NCBI GenBank assembly: GCA_963734225.1
Contig: CAVTGI010000005.1
Span: forward strand, 79,176-143,175
Length of the DNA: 64,000 nucleotides
DNA from: an uncultured Solirubrobacteraceae bacterium
GTDB taxonomy: Bacteria; Actinomycetota; Thermoleophilia; Solirubrobacterales; Solirubrobacteraceae
Direction: 5' to 3'
Shown: piece after piece, positions 33,609-43,104 of the stretch
Layout of the letters: each line of letters starts with the position of its first letter
Numbering within the stretch: the first letter of the stretch is position 1
Notes under the pieces: model-generated
The model's input: only the letters and a program-made list of their open reading frames with translations
What the model was told of the DNA's origin: nothing
The model's database searches: none
Made by a program: the position numbers and the translations under genes

Positions 33609-34910
33609 ATGACTTGGGACTTCTCGACGGATCCTGCCTTCCAGGCGCAGCTGGACTGGATGGCTGACTTCGTGCGCAGCGAGATCTGGCCGCTGGAGTC
33701 GATCTGGCGCGAGTTGGGCCTGGACGGCCTGGCGCGGGCGATGGAGCCGCTGCGCGAGCAGGTCAAGGAGCGGGGGCTGTGGGCGGCGCACCTGCCGCCT
33801 GAGCTGGGCGGCCAGGGGATGGGCCAGGTGCGCTTGGGCCTGATGCACGAGATCCTGGGCGCGTCGCCGATCGCGCCGCTGGCGTTTGGCAACGCGGCGC
33901 CGGACTCGGGCAACTCGGAGCTGATCGCGTTGGCGGGCACGCAAGAGCAGAAGGACCGCTGGCTTTACCCGCTGCTGGCGGGCGACCTGCGCAGCGCGTT
34001 CAGCATGACCGAGCCGGACACGCCGGGCTCTGACCCGACGCAGCTGCGCACGCGGGCGGTGCGCGACGGGAACGACTGGATCATCGACGGTCGCAAGTGG
34101 TTCTCGTCGAACGGCTCGATCGCGGATTTCCTGATCGTGATGGCGGTGACCAACCCCAACGCGCGCCCGTCCCAGCGCGCGTCGATGTTGATCGTGCCGG
34201 TGGACACCCCAGGCGTGGAGATCGTGCGCGACGTGCCGACGATGGAGGCTCCGTGGGAGCACTTGGGCGGCTATGGCGGGCACGCGGAAATCTCCTACGA
34301 GAACGTGCGCGTTGGCAGCGAGGCGCTGCTAGGCGCGGAGGGCACGGGCTTCGTGCTGGCCCAGCACCGCCTGGTGCCGGGCCGCATCCACCACTGCATG
34401 CGCTGGCTTGGCGTGGCGAAAAGGGCGTTTGACATGCTGTGCGAGCGGGCGACGTACCGTGAGGCGCACGGCTCGCTGCTGGCGGACAAGCAGACGGTGC
34501 GCAACTGGATCGCGGACAGCGCGGCGGAGATGCAGGCGGCGCGCTTGATGACGCTGCATGCGGCGTGGGTGATGGACACGCAGGGAGCGAGCGCGGCGCG
34601 CACGGACGTGGCGTTGATCAAGTTCTACGGGGCGAAGGTGCTGCACGACGTGATCGACCGGGCGATCCAGCTGCACGGCGCGCTGGGCTACTCGACGGAC
34701 CTGCCGCTGGAGCAGATGTACCGCTTCGCGCGCGCGGCACGCATCTATGACGGCCCGGACGAGGTCCACCGCCAGAGCGTGGCGCGCAAGATCCTGGCCG
34801 GCTACGAGCCGCCGGCGGACGGCATCCCGACCGAGCACCTGCCCACCCGCCGCGAGCAGGCGCGCGAGCGCTTTGCGCACCTGCTGGAGGCGGTTACGGC
34901 AAACGATTAA
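33609..34910 (+). CDS. acyl-CoA dehydrogenase family protein
   Basis: ATG 33609. 'FSMTEPDTPGSDP', 'DGRKWFSSNG', 'GALGYSTDLPLEQMYRFARAARIYDGPDEVH'. Confidence 0.9.
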   Translation: MTWDFSTDPAFQAQLDWMADFVRSEIWPLESIWRELGLDGLARAMEPLREQVKERGLWAAHLPPELGGQGMGQVRLGLMHEILGASPIAPLAFGNAAPDSGNSELIALAGTQEQKDRWLYPLLAGDLRSAFSMTEPDTPGSDPTQLRTRAVRDGNDWIIDGRKWFSSNGSIADFLIVMAVTNPNARPSQRASMLIVPVDTPGVEIVRDVPTMEAPWEHLGGYGGHAEISYENVRVGSEALLGAEGTGFVLAQHRLVPGRIHHCMRWLGVAKRAFDMLCERATYREAHGSLLADKQTVRNWIADSAAEMQAARLMTLHAAWVMDTQGASAARTDVALIKFYGAKVLHDVIDRAIQLHGALGYSTDLPLEQMYRFARAARIYDGPDEVHRQSVARKILAGYEPPADGIPTEHLPTRREQARERFAHLLEAVTAND

Positions 34911-35014
34911 GGGGGCTCGCCTGCCGGCTCGCCGGGCGTTGTCGCGCGGTGGCGTTCAGCGCGCGCCGTCCCTGGCCCAGACGCTGCGGCCCCAGATCGG
35001 CCCTCCGGGTGTGT

Positions 35015-36394
35015 CTAAGCGGCGGCGGCGAGCCCGCTGCCCGTGGGTGCGTGCAGCCGCCGCTTGACGATCACGGGCGCCTGGTCGGCGGGGGCGAAGG
35101 CGACGGAGCTGCGCGTGGGCCGCTGCGTGCCGAGCGAGGCGGGGCCGAGCTCGACGTTGCGCAGCACGGTCTGCATGACGAGCTTCATCTCCATGGGGGC
35201 GAAGGTGGCGGCGACGCAGCGGCGCACGCCGCTGCCGAAGGGGATCCAGGTGTAGTTGTCGGGCGGACGCTCGAGGAAGCGCTCGGGCATGAAGGCGAAC
35301 GGGTGCGGATAAATGTCGTCGCGGTGGTGGACGAGGTAGATGGCGGGCGCGACGATGGTGTGAGCGGGGATGTCATAGCCGCCGAGGCGCATCGGCTCGA
35401 CGAGGCCGCGCATGACGAGCGGCACGGCGGGGCACAGGCGCAGGATCTCTTTGACGACGGCTTCGATGTAGTCCTCGCTGTCGCTGTGGAGCACCTCGTG
35501 GCGCAGCCGCGCCATCTTTGCGGGGTGGCGCAGCAGCCGCTCGAAGGCCCACGACATGGACGTCGCAGTGGGTCCGTCGGAGAGCAGCGTGATCAGTTCG
35601 TCGCGCAGCTCCTGCTCGGTCATGGGCGTGCCGTTCTCGTCGTAGGCCTGCTCGAGCATCGACAGAATGCCCTCGTCCTCGGATCGCCCGGGCGCGGCGC
35701 GCCGGTGGCGGACCTCCTCCATCAGGGCGGCTTCGACGGGGGCGATCTTCTGCTTGAAGCGGGGATTGCTGGTCAGCCAGCGCGAGCCGAAGATGGCCAG
35801 CCCGGTCAGGCGGCGCGGGTCGTTGAGCCAGTCGGTGAGGTCTCCCAGCAGCACGCGCAGGCGCTGCATGTGCTCGCCGTCGGTGTTTCCGAATGTGGCG
35901 CGCATGACGACCTCGTTGCTGATCGCCTGCATGCGCGGCCACAGCGCGAACGGCTCCCCGACGGGCCATTTGGCGATCTCGCGCTGGGCGACCTCGACCA
36001 TCATTTCCCCGTAGCCGCGCATCCGCTGGCCGTGGAAGGAGGGCAGGATGAAGCGCCGGTGGGTCATGTGCTCGGGCTCGTCGAGCAGCATCACCGAGCG
36101 CGGTCCCAGCAGCGGCCGGAGCAGGGGGTTGGCCTCCCCTGCCCCGGCCCGGACTAGCTCTGGAGTGATGGTGAGCACCTTGCCCACGTCCTCGGGATCG
36201 CTGAGGAACACCCATGGGCGCCCGTGGCGGATGCGCAGGGTGAAGATGTTGCCGTAGCGGCGCCTTGCGCTTTCCAGCAGCGGCAGCGGCCGCGTGGCCC
36301 AGCCAAGGGCTTGGAGCGGAGTGGGCATGGGCGGGCCGGGCGGCAGCGAGTGCAGCCCGTGTGCGTTTCCGTTGGCGCTCATTGCTGTACTCAT
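35015..36394 (-). CDS. cytochrome P450
   Basis: 'EILRLCP' (ExxR), 'FMPERF', heme loop 'FGSGVRRCVAATFA'. Start ATG 36394 (alternatives 36433 and 36382). Confidence 0.9.
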   Translation of the reverse strand: MSTAMSANGNAHGLHSLPPGPPMPTPLQALGWATRPLPLLESARRRYGNIFTLRIRHGRPWVFLSDPEDVGKVLTITPELVRAGAGEANPLLRPLLGPRSVMLLDEPEHMTHRRFILPSFHGQRMRGYGEMMVEVAQREIAKWPVGEPFALWPRMQAISNEVVMRATFGNTDGEHMQRLRVLLGDLTDWLNDPRRLTGLAIFGSRWLTSNPRFKQKIAPVEAALMEEVRHRRAAPGRSEDEGILSMLEQAYDENGTPMTEQELRDELITLLSDGPTATSMSWAFERLLRHPAKMARLRHEVLHSDSEDYIEAVVKEILRLCPAVPLVMRGLVEPMRLGGYDIPAHTIVAPAIYLVHHRDDIYPHPFAFMPERFLERPPDNYTWIPFGSGVRRCVAATFAPMEMKLVMQTVLRNVELGPASLGTQRPTRSSVAFAPADQAPVIVKRRLHAPTGSGLAAAA

Positions 36395-36764
36395 CTGCGG
36401 CTGGGTCTCCGATCGCAAGTCATGGTCAAGCATGTGCGCTGTTGCACGGCGGCTGATGATGCCGGCAGCGGCCGGACCACGCAAATTGTGCCGAGACGTG
36501 GCGCTCCAGTGGGCATTGTTGCTGGTGCTCGTTGTTTCTGAGATTGACGCCGCCCGGGTGGCCGGCCGGACGCCAGGCTCAGTTGGATCCTTCCGGTGGG
36601 GCGCCGCGAATGCCTTGGCCAACAGTCCGCCGTCGATCTTGCCCTGCTCGCGCCCGGGTGCGCCACTGCAACTGCGGCAGGGTAGAGTTGACGCTGTGGC
36701 GGATCCGTGGACGCAAACGTTGGAACTGACTTGGCGTCCGGCCCTCACGTTCTACGAGGAGCGT

Positions 36765-37421
36765 ATGGCGATCCTGCGGTGCCTCGACGACCGCAAAGTA
36801 CTGCGCGCATTCAAAGTCGATCCCAACCGGATCGACGCCCGACTGATCAAGCCAGGACATGAGTTGCAGGTCCGCCATAACGGGCTGGTCCTTGAGTTGC
36901 TTGGCCAGGATGCCGATCTTGAGTTGGCCTGGGCCTGCGTCGTCGCCGCCCTCGACCTGATCAAGCCGACCAACACCACCGTGAGCGCGAGATACCAACA
37001 CATCATCGAGTTGGATGGGCCGTTCGACCAGACGGTCCGAGTCGCCCGTGATCGCGTGTTGTCCATGCCAGATCAGCCCGAGATTGAGGATTGGGCCGTC
37101 CTCATGACCTTCACCGGTCCGTCAACCGTCGAGTTCGGCGTCATACGGGACGACGAGGCAATCCCGCGCCTGACGCGATCTGTCGGTCGAATGCAGGGCC
37201 GGGACCACCAGCAGACCGAATACTGGTACGGGCTCGACGTCAAGTTCCCCGAGGTCGGTCTCTTCGCAGATTCCCGATTGGCTGGGCCGCAAATCAAGGG
37301 TGGCCCCGACGAGATCCGCAACTGGTGGCTGAGTGCGCGCGACCGCGCTGGAAACTTTGCGGATACCCTTCATGAGAAAGTTAGCTCTGATGGCACGAGA
37401 CGAGGTATGGTGAGTTCATGA
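36765..37421 (+). CDS. hypothetical protein (lower-GC islet)
   Basis: Protein-like composition begins around 36700. ATG 36765 (alternatives GTG 36696 and TTG 36720). ATGA-coupled to the next ORF. No recognisable family. Confidence 0.55.
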   Translation: MAILRCLDDRKVLRAFKVDPNRIDARLIKPGHELQVRHNGLVLELLGQDADLELAWACVVAALDLIKPTNTTVSARYQHIIELDGPFDQTVRVARDRVLSMPDQPEIEDWAVLMTFTGPSTVEFGVIRDDEAIPRLTRSVGRMQGRDHQQTEYWYGLDVKFPEVGLFADSRLAGPQIKGGPDEIRNWWLSARDRAGNFADTLHEKVSSDGTRRGMVSS

Positions 37422-37708
37422 GCGACACGATGCAACTGAGCCAATCGCGCACGGTCTTCGAGGAGGCCGGTACGAGCGCCTGGGTAGTGCTCGACGACGA
37501 CTTGGCGATCACGGAAGAGGAGCTTGCGGCCGCCAACGGGGAGTACATCGAGTTCGATCCCCAACGTGACCGCGACCGCGCCGCATACCACGCACTGGTC
37601 GCGGCGCAGGATATGCCGCTTATCGAGGATGAGGCAGACGACGAGGCTTACGAGCAAGCCACGCGCGGGCACGCGCGGCCCGTAGCGAAACCGCTCCCCA
37701 TCGATTAG
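37418..37708 (+). CDS. small acidic hypothetical protein
   Basis: 96 aa, rich in D/E ('LIEDEADDEAYEQA'). Its start overlaps the upstream stop (ATGA). Confidence 0.5.
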   Translation: MSDTMQLSQSRTVFEEAGTSAWVVLDDDLAITEEELAAANGEYIEFDPQRDRDRAAYHALVAAQDMPLIEDEADDEAYEQATRGHARPVAKPLPID

Positions 37709-37809
37709 CCCTGCCCGTTTCCCTGCGTTGGCAGGAGCTGGACCTGTCCGACGAGGTTCTTAGAAAGGCCTGCAAAGCAGTCGACGTCGGTGACGGGGAT
37801 TGGGCCTAT

Positions 37810-38316
37810 GTGGGGCGGTTCATCACGGAATGGGCCTGGGAGGACGACCGCAAACCTGAGCCGATCGGCGAGGGGACGCTCCTATTCTTCGACCGGGGTC
37901 AGGACGACCACGACGGCGGCCCCGTGCTCGTGGGATTCGTCGCCTGGTGTCTGCGTAAAGAACGCGTTCACGGACCTAAGGAGTACGTTGGGCTATTCCA
38001 CCTGATTTTCGTGGCGCCAGCCTACCGAGGGGAAAAGACTATCCAGGGACCGAGCATCGTTAGCACCATGTTCGCGACAGCCGAGAAGGTCATGCAAGAG
38101 CGGGGCAAGGCCGTCATGCAGGAACACGGTAAGCCCCTCGACGACATGCCCCTACGGATCGATGTCAACGTTGGCAATGACCACGCGCGGAACATCTACA
38201 CGAAACGCTGGGGATTCAAGCATTGGAAGTGGCGCCCGAAGCCGCCCGCCGAGCCGAAGTACGAGGTGCTGCTACGGGAGGCAACCGCACCCAAAGGGGA
38301 CACGACGCCTGAATAG
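37810..38316 (+). CDS. GNAT-family N-acetyltransferase-like protein
   Basis: GTG 37810. 'LIFVAPAYRG' and 'NDHARNIYTKRWGFK' resemble GNAT motifs A and B. Contains a diverged 24-nt tandem duplication. Confidence 0.55.
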   Translation: MGRFITEWAWEDDRKPEPIGEGTLLFFDRGQDDHDGGPVLVGFVAWCLRKERVHGPKEYVGLFHLIFVAPAYRGEKTIQGPSIVSTMFATAEKVMQERGKAVMQEHGKPLDDMPLRIDVNVGNDHARNIYTKRWGFKHWKWRPKPPAEPKYEVLLREATAPKGDTTPE

Positions 38317-38469
38317 CCGGCGGCGTCTCGCCAAGAGTTTCGCCGGCTTCGAGTTGGCGCGTCATGTTTGGAGCGCCACGCCCGGCCTGCGACGTGGCGC
38401 CAGAGCGTGCGTCAGGAGACGTGGCCGACCAGCCCACCATGCTGTAGGCGGCTAGGCTGGTGCTTGACG

Positions 38470-39903
38470 ATGGCAGCCGATGCCAAGCAGTTGCCTGCGC
38501 TGTTCGACCCGACGCGCTTGCATACATTCCGCTTCACCGCCCGCGAGCTGGACGCGGGCGGGCGGGTGACGCTGCGCTACGCGCTCGATGACGAGGTCGA
38601 CTTCGTGGAGGCGATCGAGCTGCCGATCGACGGCCCGCTGAGCGAACGCGAGCGCATGCGCGTGGACGGGCTGCTTGCGCTGCTGCACTGGGTGGCGGGC
38701 GTGAGCTACTACAAGACGGCGCTGCCGCGGCAGGTCAGCTGCGAGACGGGCGACCCATCGCCGGCGACGGTGGCACTGCTGGAGGCGCTCTACTCGGAGG
38801 GTCTGGGCGAGCTGGCGTATGTCAACGGCCTGTCGGCGCTGCCGCGCCCGCGCTTCGCTGCGGAGCGCGCCCCGGGTGGCGAGGAGCTCATGCTCGACGC
38901 CGCCACCACCCCTGGCGAGCACGAGCACGGCCATCTGTCCACGAGCGCAGACGAGCGGCCGATCGCGCGCGTGCTGGTGCCGGTGGGCGGTGGCAAGGAC
39001 TCGGCGGTGGCGCTGGAGATCGTGCGCGAGTCGGGCTGTGAGCTGGCCCTGTTCTCGCTGGGCGACGCGCCGCCGATCGCGGGCACGGCGCAGGTGGCGG
39101 GGCTGGCGCGCCTGATCGCGCGGCGCACGCTGGATCCGGGCCTGCGCGAGCTCAACGCGGTAGGGGCGATCAACGGCCACGTGCCGATCACGGCGATCGT
39201 GTCGTGCGTTGCGCTGCTGACGGCTGCGCTGAACGGCTTTGACGCGGTGGCGATGGCCAACGAGCGCTCGGCGTCGGCGGGCAACGTGATGTGGGATGGC
39301 GTTGAGGTCAATCACCAGTTCAGCAAGGGGCTGCGCGCGGAGCGCCTGCTGGCGGGCGCGCTGGCGCAGGCGGGCGGCGATGCGCCGCGGCTGTTCTCGG
39401 TCCTGCGTCCTGCGTCTGAGCTGGCGATCGCGCGCGCGTTTGCGCGCATGGAGCGCTACCACGGTGCGTTCACGAGCTGTAACGCGATCTTCCGCAGCGA
39501 TCCTGCGCTGCGCGCGAGCACGTGGTGCTGTGATTGTCCCAAGTGCCGCTTCGTATTCCTGGCGCTGGCGCCGTTTTGCGAGCCGGAGCATCTGTGCGAG
39601 GTGTTCGGCTGCGACCTGCTCGAAGACGAGGGCCAGTTCGAGGGGTTTGCGTTGCTGACGGCGACGGGCGGCCACAAGCCGTTCGAGTGCGTGGGCGAGG
39701 AGCAGGAGAGCCTTGCGGCGATCAGGCTGCTCGCTGCCGACCCCCGCTGGAGCGAGCACCGCGTGGTGCGTCGCCTCGCCTCGGAGGTGCTGCCTCAACA
39801 CCCACCCGACGCGGGCGACCCCGAGAGCATCCTCGCGCTGGGCGACGATCACGAGGTGCCGCCGGCCCTGATGCGGTCCGTCCGTGCGCTTCTCGGAGCT
39901 TGA
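38470..39903 (+). CDS. murL: UDP-MurNAc-L-Ala-L-Glu epimerase-like protein (MurL family), PP-loop-type
   Basis: ATG 38470. PP-loop-like 'VLVPVGGGKDSAVAL', 'CDCPKCRF' Cys cluster, 'GGHKPFECVGE'. Its 3' end overlaps the MurD-like ligase gene by 20 nt. Confidence 0.55.
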   Translation: MAADAKQLPALFDPTRLHTFRFTARELDAGGRVTLRYALDDEVDFVEAIELPIDGPLSERERMRVDGLLALLHWVAGVSYYKTALPRQVSCETGDPSPATVALLEALYSEGLGELAYVNGLSALPRPRFAAERAPGGEELMLDAATTPGEHEHGHLSTSADERPIARVLVPVGGGKDSAVALEIVRESGCELALFSLGDAPPIAGTAQVAGLARLIARRTLDPGLRELNAVGAINGHVPITAIVSCVALLTAALNGFDAVAMANERSASAGNVMWDGVEVNHQFSKGLRAERLLAGALAQAGGDAPRLFSVLRPASELAIARAFARMERYHGAFTSCNAIFRSDPALRASTWCCDCPKCRFVFLALAPFCEPEHLCEVFGCDLLEDEGQFEGFALLTATGGHKPFECVGEEQESLAAIRLLAADPRWSEHRVVRRLASEVLPQHPPDAGDPESILALGDDHEVPPALMRSVRALLGA

Positions 39904-41218
39904 CGGCAAGCGGATCGGCGTGTGGGGCGCCGGCCGCGAGATTGTCTCGTTTGCGCAGCAGCTCCACCGCCGCGTACCTTCGGCGCGCATCGTGGCGGCT
40001 GCGTTTGACGCGCAGCCGCCGGATCACGTCCGCGACATCCTCCTGGCTCCGGACGTGCGGGTGCTGACGGGTGCCGATGCGCTCGATGGGTGCAACGGAT
40101 GCGATGTGGTGGTGCGCTCGCCCGGCGTGTCGACTCATCGCGAGGAGCTTGTCGCGTTGCGCGAGCGCGGCGTGGCGGTGACGACGGCGACTGGGCTGTG
40201 GCTTGCGCAGTGCGCCGGCGAGCGTGTGATCGGCGTGACGGGCACGAAGGGCAAGAGCACGACGGCAGCGCTGATCGCCCATCTCGCGCGTGCGGCCGGG
40301 CAGACGGTGGCGCTGGCGGGCAACATCGGCGTGCCGGCGCTCGATCTGCTGGATGCGCAGCCGGCGCAGGTGACCGTGCTGGAGCTGTCGAGCTACCAGA
40401 TAGCGGACCTCGAGGTGGGGCCTGAGGTGGCGGTGGTGACGAACGTGTACCGCGAGCACACCGACTGGCACGGTTCGGAGCAGGCCTACCGCGCGGACAA
40501 GCTGCGCCTGCTGGGCCTTGCGGGCGTGCGCGCGGCTGTCCTGAATGCGCGCGACGAGCGGCTGGCGGCGCTCGCGCTGGACGTGCCGGTGCTCGGCTAC
40601 GGCCAGCCGCACGGCTGGGACGTGACGGCGGCGGGGATCGCGTTTGCGGGCGAGCTGCGCCTGGCGAACGACGAGCTGCCCTTGCGCGGTGAGCACAACG
40701 CGCTGAACCTATGCGCTGCGCTGACCGCACTGCAGGCGTTCGACGTTCCAGTGCCGCCGCTGGGCGAGGCGCTGGCGGGCTTTCGCGCGCTGCCCCACCG
40801 GCTGGAGCCTGTGTGCGAGCGCGATGGCGTGCTGTGGGTCAACGACAGCATCTCCACCACGCCGGAGTCGACGATGGCGGCGCTCGAAAGCTTCCCCGGC
40901 CGCGAGGTTGTGCTGATCGCGGGGGGCCAGGACAGGGGCCAGGACTATGCAGGCCTCGCGCGAGCGCTGTCGGCGAGCGGGGCGAGCGTCATCGCGATTC
41001 CCACGACCGGCACGCGTCTGTTGGCGGCGGCGCGAGAGGCCGACGTGCCGGCGGCGCGCGCTCTCCCAGCAGCAGATCTGGGCGACGCGGTCAGGATCGC
41101 GGGCGGCCTGGCGCGCGTGGGCGGCGTGGTTCTCCTATCCCCGGCAGCCCCCAGCTTCGACCATTACCGCGACTTCGAGGAGCGTGGCGAGCGCTTCCGG
41201 ACGTTCGCCACACGCTGA
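39884..41218 (+). CDS. murD2: MurD-family ligase outside a dcw context (UDP-MurNAc-L-Ala--L-Glu ligase, MurD2-like)
   Basis: 'GVTGTKGKSTTAALIAHL', 'ELSSYQ', 'NVYREHTDWHGS', 'GEHNALN', 'NDSISTTPES', 'LLSPAAPSFDHYRDFEERG'. Confidence 0.7.
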   Translation: MRFSELDGKRIGVWGAGREIVSFAQQLHRRVPSARIVAAAFDAQPPDHVRDILLAPDVRVLTGADALDGCNGCDVVVRSPGVSTHREELVALRERGVAVTTATGLWLAQCAGERVIGVTGTKGKSTTAALIAHLARAAGQTVALAGNIGVPALDLLDAQPAQVTVLELSSYQIADLEVGPEVAVVTNVYREHTDWHGSEQAYRADKLRLLGLAGVRAAVLNARDERLAALALDVPVLGYGQPHGWDVTAAGIAFAGELRLANDELPLRGEHNALNLCAALTALQAFDVPVPPLGEALAGFRALPHRLEPVCERDGVLWVNDSISTTPESTMAALESFPGREVVLIAGGQDRGQDYAGLARALSASGASVIAIPTTGTRLLAAAREADVPAARALPAADLGDAVRIAGGLARVGGVVLLSPAAPSFDHYRDFEERGERFRTFATR

Positions 41219-41244
41219 GCGGCTGCCGGCCCTCGGCCCATCTG

Positions 41245-42747
41245 TTAGGGGCAGAGCGGGTTGCGCGGGACGCCCAAGCACGGGTCCGGCATCGTTTCCT
41301 GCGCCGGTGGGACCGGTTGCCCTTTCACTTCGGCGAATTCTGCGCGGTGTTCTGAGACGTACTGCAGCTCCAGCAGGTACACGAGCGTCTGCAGAGGGTG
41401 TTCGTAGCCGGTGTTCGGGTTCGGCGTGGTGATGTGCTGGCAGCCCCAGGTGCCTTCGATGTCGGCCGGATAGACGGCGTCGACGAAACTGTTGCCGGTG
41501 AGGCAGTTGTTGGTGGAGGTGTGGCTCCCGAACAGGCCGCCCTCCATCATCACGTCGCCGGCGAAGCGCCCGCCGCCGTAGCCGTTGCCGTTGAACGTGT
41601 TGTCGGCGAGCTCGTTGCCGGCGAGCTGGAAGTAGATCGTGTCGGCGACGGGCGGGAACGGGTTGGGGTACTCGAACGCGAGCACGCCGTCGCTGGGGTT
41701 GCCGTAGATCTGGTTGCCTTCGACCAGGTCGGCATAGACGCCGGGCAGCTCCACCCCGACGCCCCACGGCGCGGCGGCGGCGGAGGCGTTGGCGGGGACG
41801 CTGAGGTTGTTGTTTTCGCCGATCACGTTGTCGCGGAAGATCGTGCAGCGTTTGATCCTGGTGGTGAAGATGCGCGGCGTGGGGTCGGGTTCTGCGACAT
41901 TCGCCCGGTGGCATTGACCGTCCTGCGGCGGCGGCCCGTCGCCGGGGTTTTCGGAGTTGGGCGCGAGGCCGTCGGTGTTGTGCACGAACTTGGACTTTTC
42001 GATCACCAGCGCGCCGCCGGAGTTCGATCCGGAGTAGCCGAGCGCGTTGTTTTCCATCACCGCTTCGCGCACGAGCGCTTTGCATTCCTGGCAGGCGCCG
42101 ATATAGATGCCGGAGTCGTTGAAGCCGGACGCGTAGATCTTTTCCCACGAGCCGTCGATCTCGTTGTTGGTGAAGATCCCGTAGCCTCCGTCCAAGCCGG
42201 TGTCGTATGCGGTCAGGTAGCGCCCGAACCAGCCGCGCGCCCCGATTTTGTGTGAGTTGGCGCCGCCGTTCCACCAGATCTCGTTGCCGCCTTCGCCGTT
42301 GATCGTCGCGCGGTCGAAGTTCGCGACGGTGAGGTTTTCGATCCACACGTCGCTCGCCTTAACGACTTCGATGCCGTTGGCGCCTTCCGGGCAGGGCGAG
42401 TGTTTGCACGGTTCGTGGTTGCCGTCGAGCAGTACCGTGTTGCGGTTCATACCGCGGATCCAGATGCCCCCGTGTTCGGGCGTCACCTTGACTTCTTCGT
42501 CGTAGACGCCTGGTTCGATCAGAACCCAGTCGCCGGGCGTGGTGGCGTCGACGGCCGCTTGGATCGTGGTGAAGTAGTGGGTGTTGGCGGGTATGTGCCC
42601 GGCGGGCGCGCCGGCGGGGCTGACGATCTCGACCTGCCCAAGGCCCAGCGCGCTGCTGGTGGCGACGCACGTGACGGCGAGGGCGAGCGCGGCGGCGGCG
42701 GCGGCGCGGAGCGCCCTGGCGGACGACCTGGTTGGCATGGACGGCAT
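41245..42747 (-). CDS. secreted right-handed parallel beta-helix repeat protein
   Basis: GGAAGGAGGGGGG RBS before ATG 42747. Signal 'RSSARALRAAAAAALALAVTCVATSSALG'. Repeated 'N...I.GN/NN' beta-helix rungs ('IWIENLTVANF','IFTNNEIDG','VMENNALGYSG','IFRDNVIGENN','LVEGNQIYGN','LAGNELADNTFNGNG'). Confidence 0.75.
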   Translation of the reverse strand: MPSMPTRSSARALRAAAAAALALAVTCVATSSALGLGQVEIVSPAGAPAGHIPANTHYFTTIQAAVDATTPGDWVLIEPGVYDEEVKVTPEHGGIWIRGMNRNTVLLDGNHEPCKHSPCPEGANGIEVVKASDVWIENLTVANFDRATINGEGGNEIWWNGGANSHKIGARGWFGRYLTAYDTGLDGGYGIFTNNEIDGSWEKIYASGFNDSGIYIGACQECKALVREAVMENNALGYSGSNSGGALVIEKSKFVHNTDGLAPNSENPGDGPPPQDGQCHRANVAEPDPTPRIFTTRIKRCTIFRDNVIGENNNLSVPANASAAAAPWGVGVELPGVYADLVEGNQIYGNPSDGVLAFEYPNPFPPVADTIYFQLAGNELADNTFNGNGYGGGRFAGDVMMEGGLFGSHTSTNNCLTGNSFVDAVYPADIEGTWGCQHITTPNPNTGYEHPLQTLVYLLELQYVSEHRAEFAEVKGQPVPPAQETMPDPCLGVPRNPLCP

Positions 42748-42777
42748 ACCCCCCTCCTTCCTTGTGGTCTGCACGGC

Positions 42778-42796
42778 GGCCAGGCCAGTCCTGGCC
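42778..42796 (-). terminator. GC hairpin between the csrA stop and the beta-helix gene
   Basis: GGCCAGG (42778-84) and CCTGGCC (42790-96) form a stem with a 5-nt loop. No U-tract. Confidence 0.35.
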
Positions 42797-42807
42797 AGAC
42801 GGCCAGA

Positions 42808-43095
42808 CTACTCCGCCGCGCCGGACCCTGCCTCCTCGGCGGCTGGCACGGGGCTGGCGCCGGCTGGGGGTGCGTCCGCGGCGCCCGACGGCGCGGCGGG
42901 CAGCGCGTCGGTGGAGGCGGCGGCGGCGCGGTTCTCCTCCTTGACCGCCAGCCAGATCTCCTCGCGATAGATGGGCACGCCCTGGGGTGCGGAGATGCCC
43001 AGGCGCACCGTGTGGCCGCTGACGCTCATGACGGTCACGAGCACCTCGTCGCCGATGACGACGCGCTCTCCAGGACGACGCGTCAGGATCAGCAT
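42808..43095 (-). CDS. csrA: carbon storage regulator CsrA with a long Ala/Pro-rich C-terminal extension
   Basis: '[48 protein letters not shown]', followed by about 40 low-complexity residues. Confidence 0.9.
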   Translation of the reverse strand: MLILTRRPGERVVIGDEVLVTVMSVSGHTVRLGISAPQGVPIYREEIWLAVKEENRAAAASTDALPAAPSGAADAPPAGASPVPAAEEAGSGAAE

Positions 43096-43104
43096 CGCTG
43101 CCGA

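Noticed and set aside
36395-36748. In-frame upstream extension of the P450 ORF containing 'GKIDGGLLAKAF', faintly reminiscent of an AMP-binding-enzyme C-terminus (GKIDRRAL).
   Set aside because: The match is too short and degenerate, and the rest of the extension is not protein-like. Treated as intergenic; a gene remnant is possible but unsupported.
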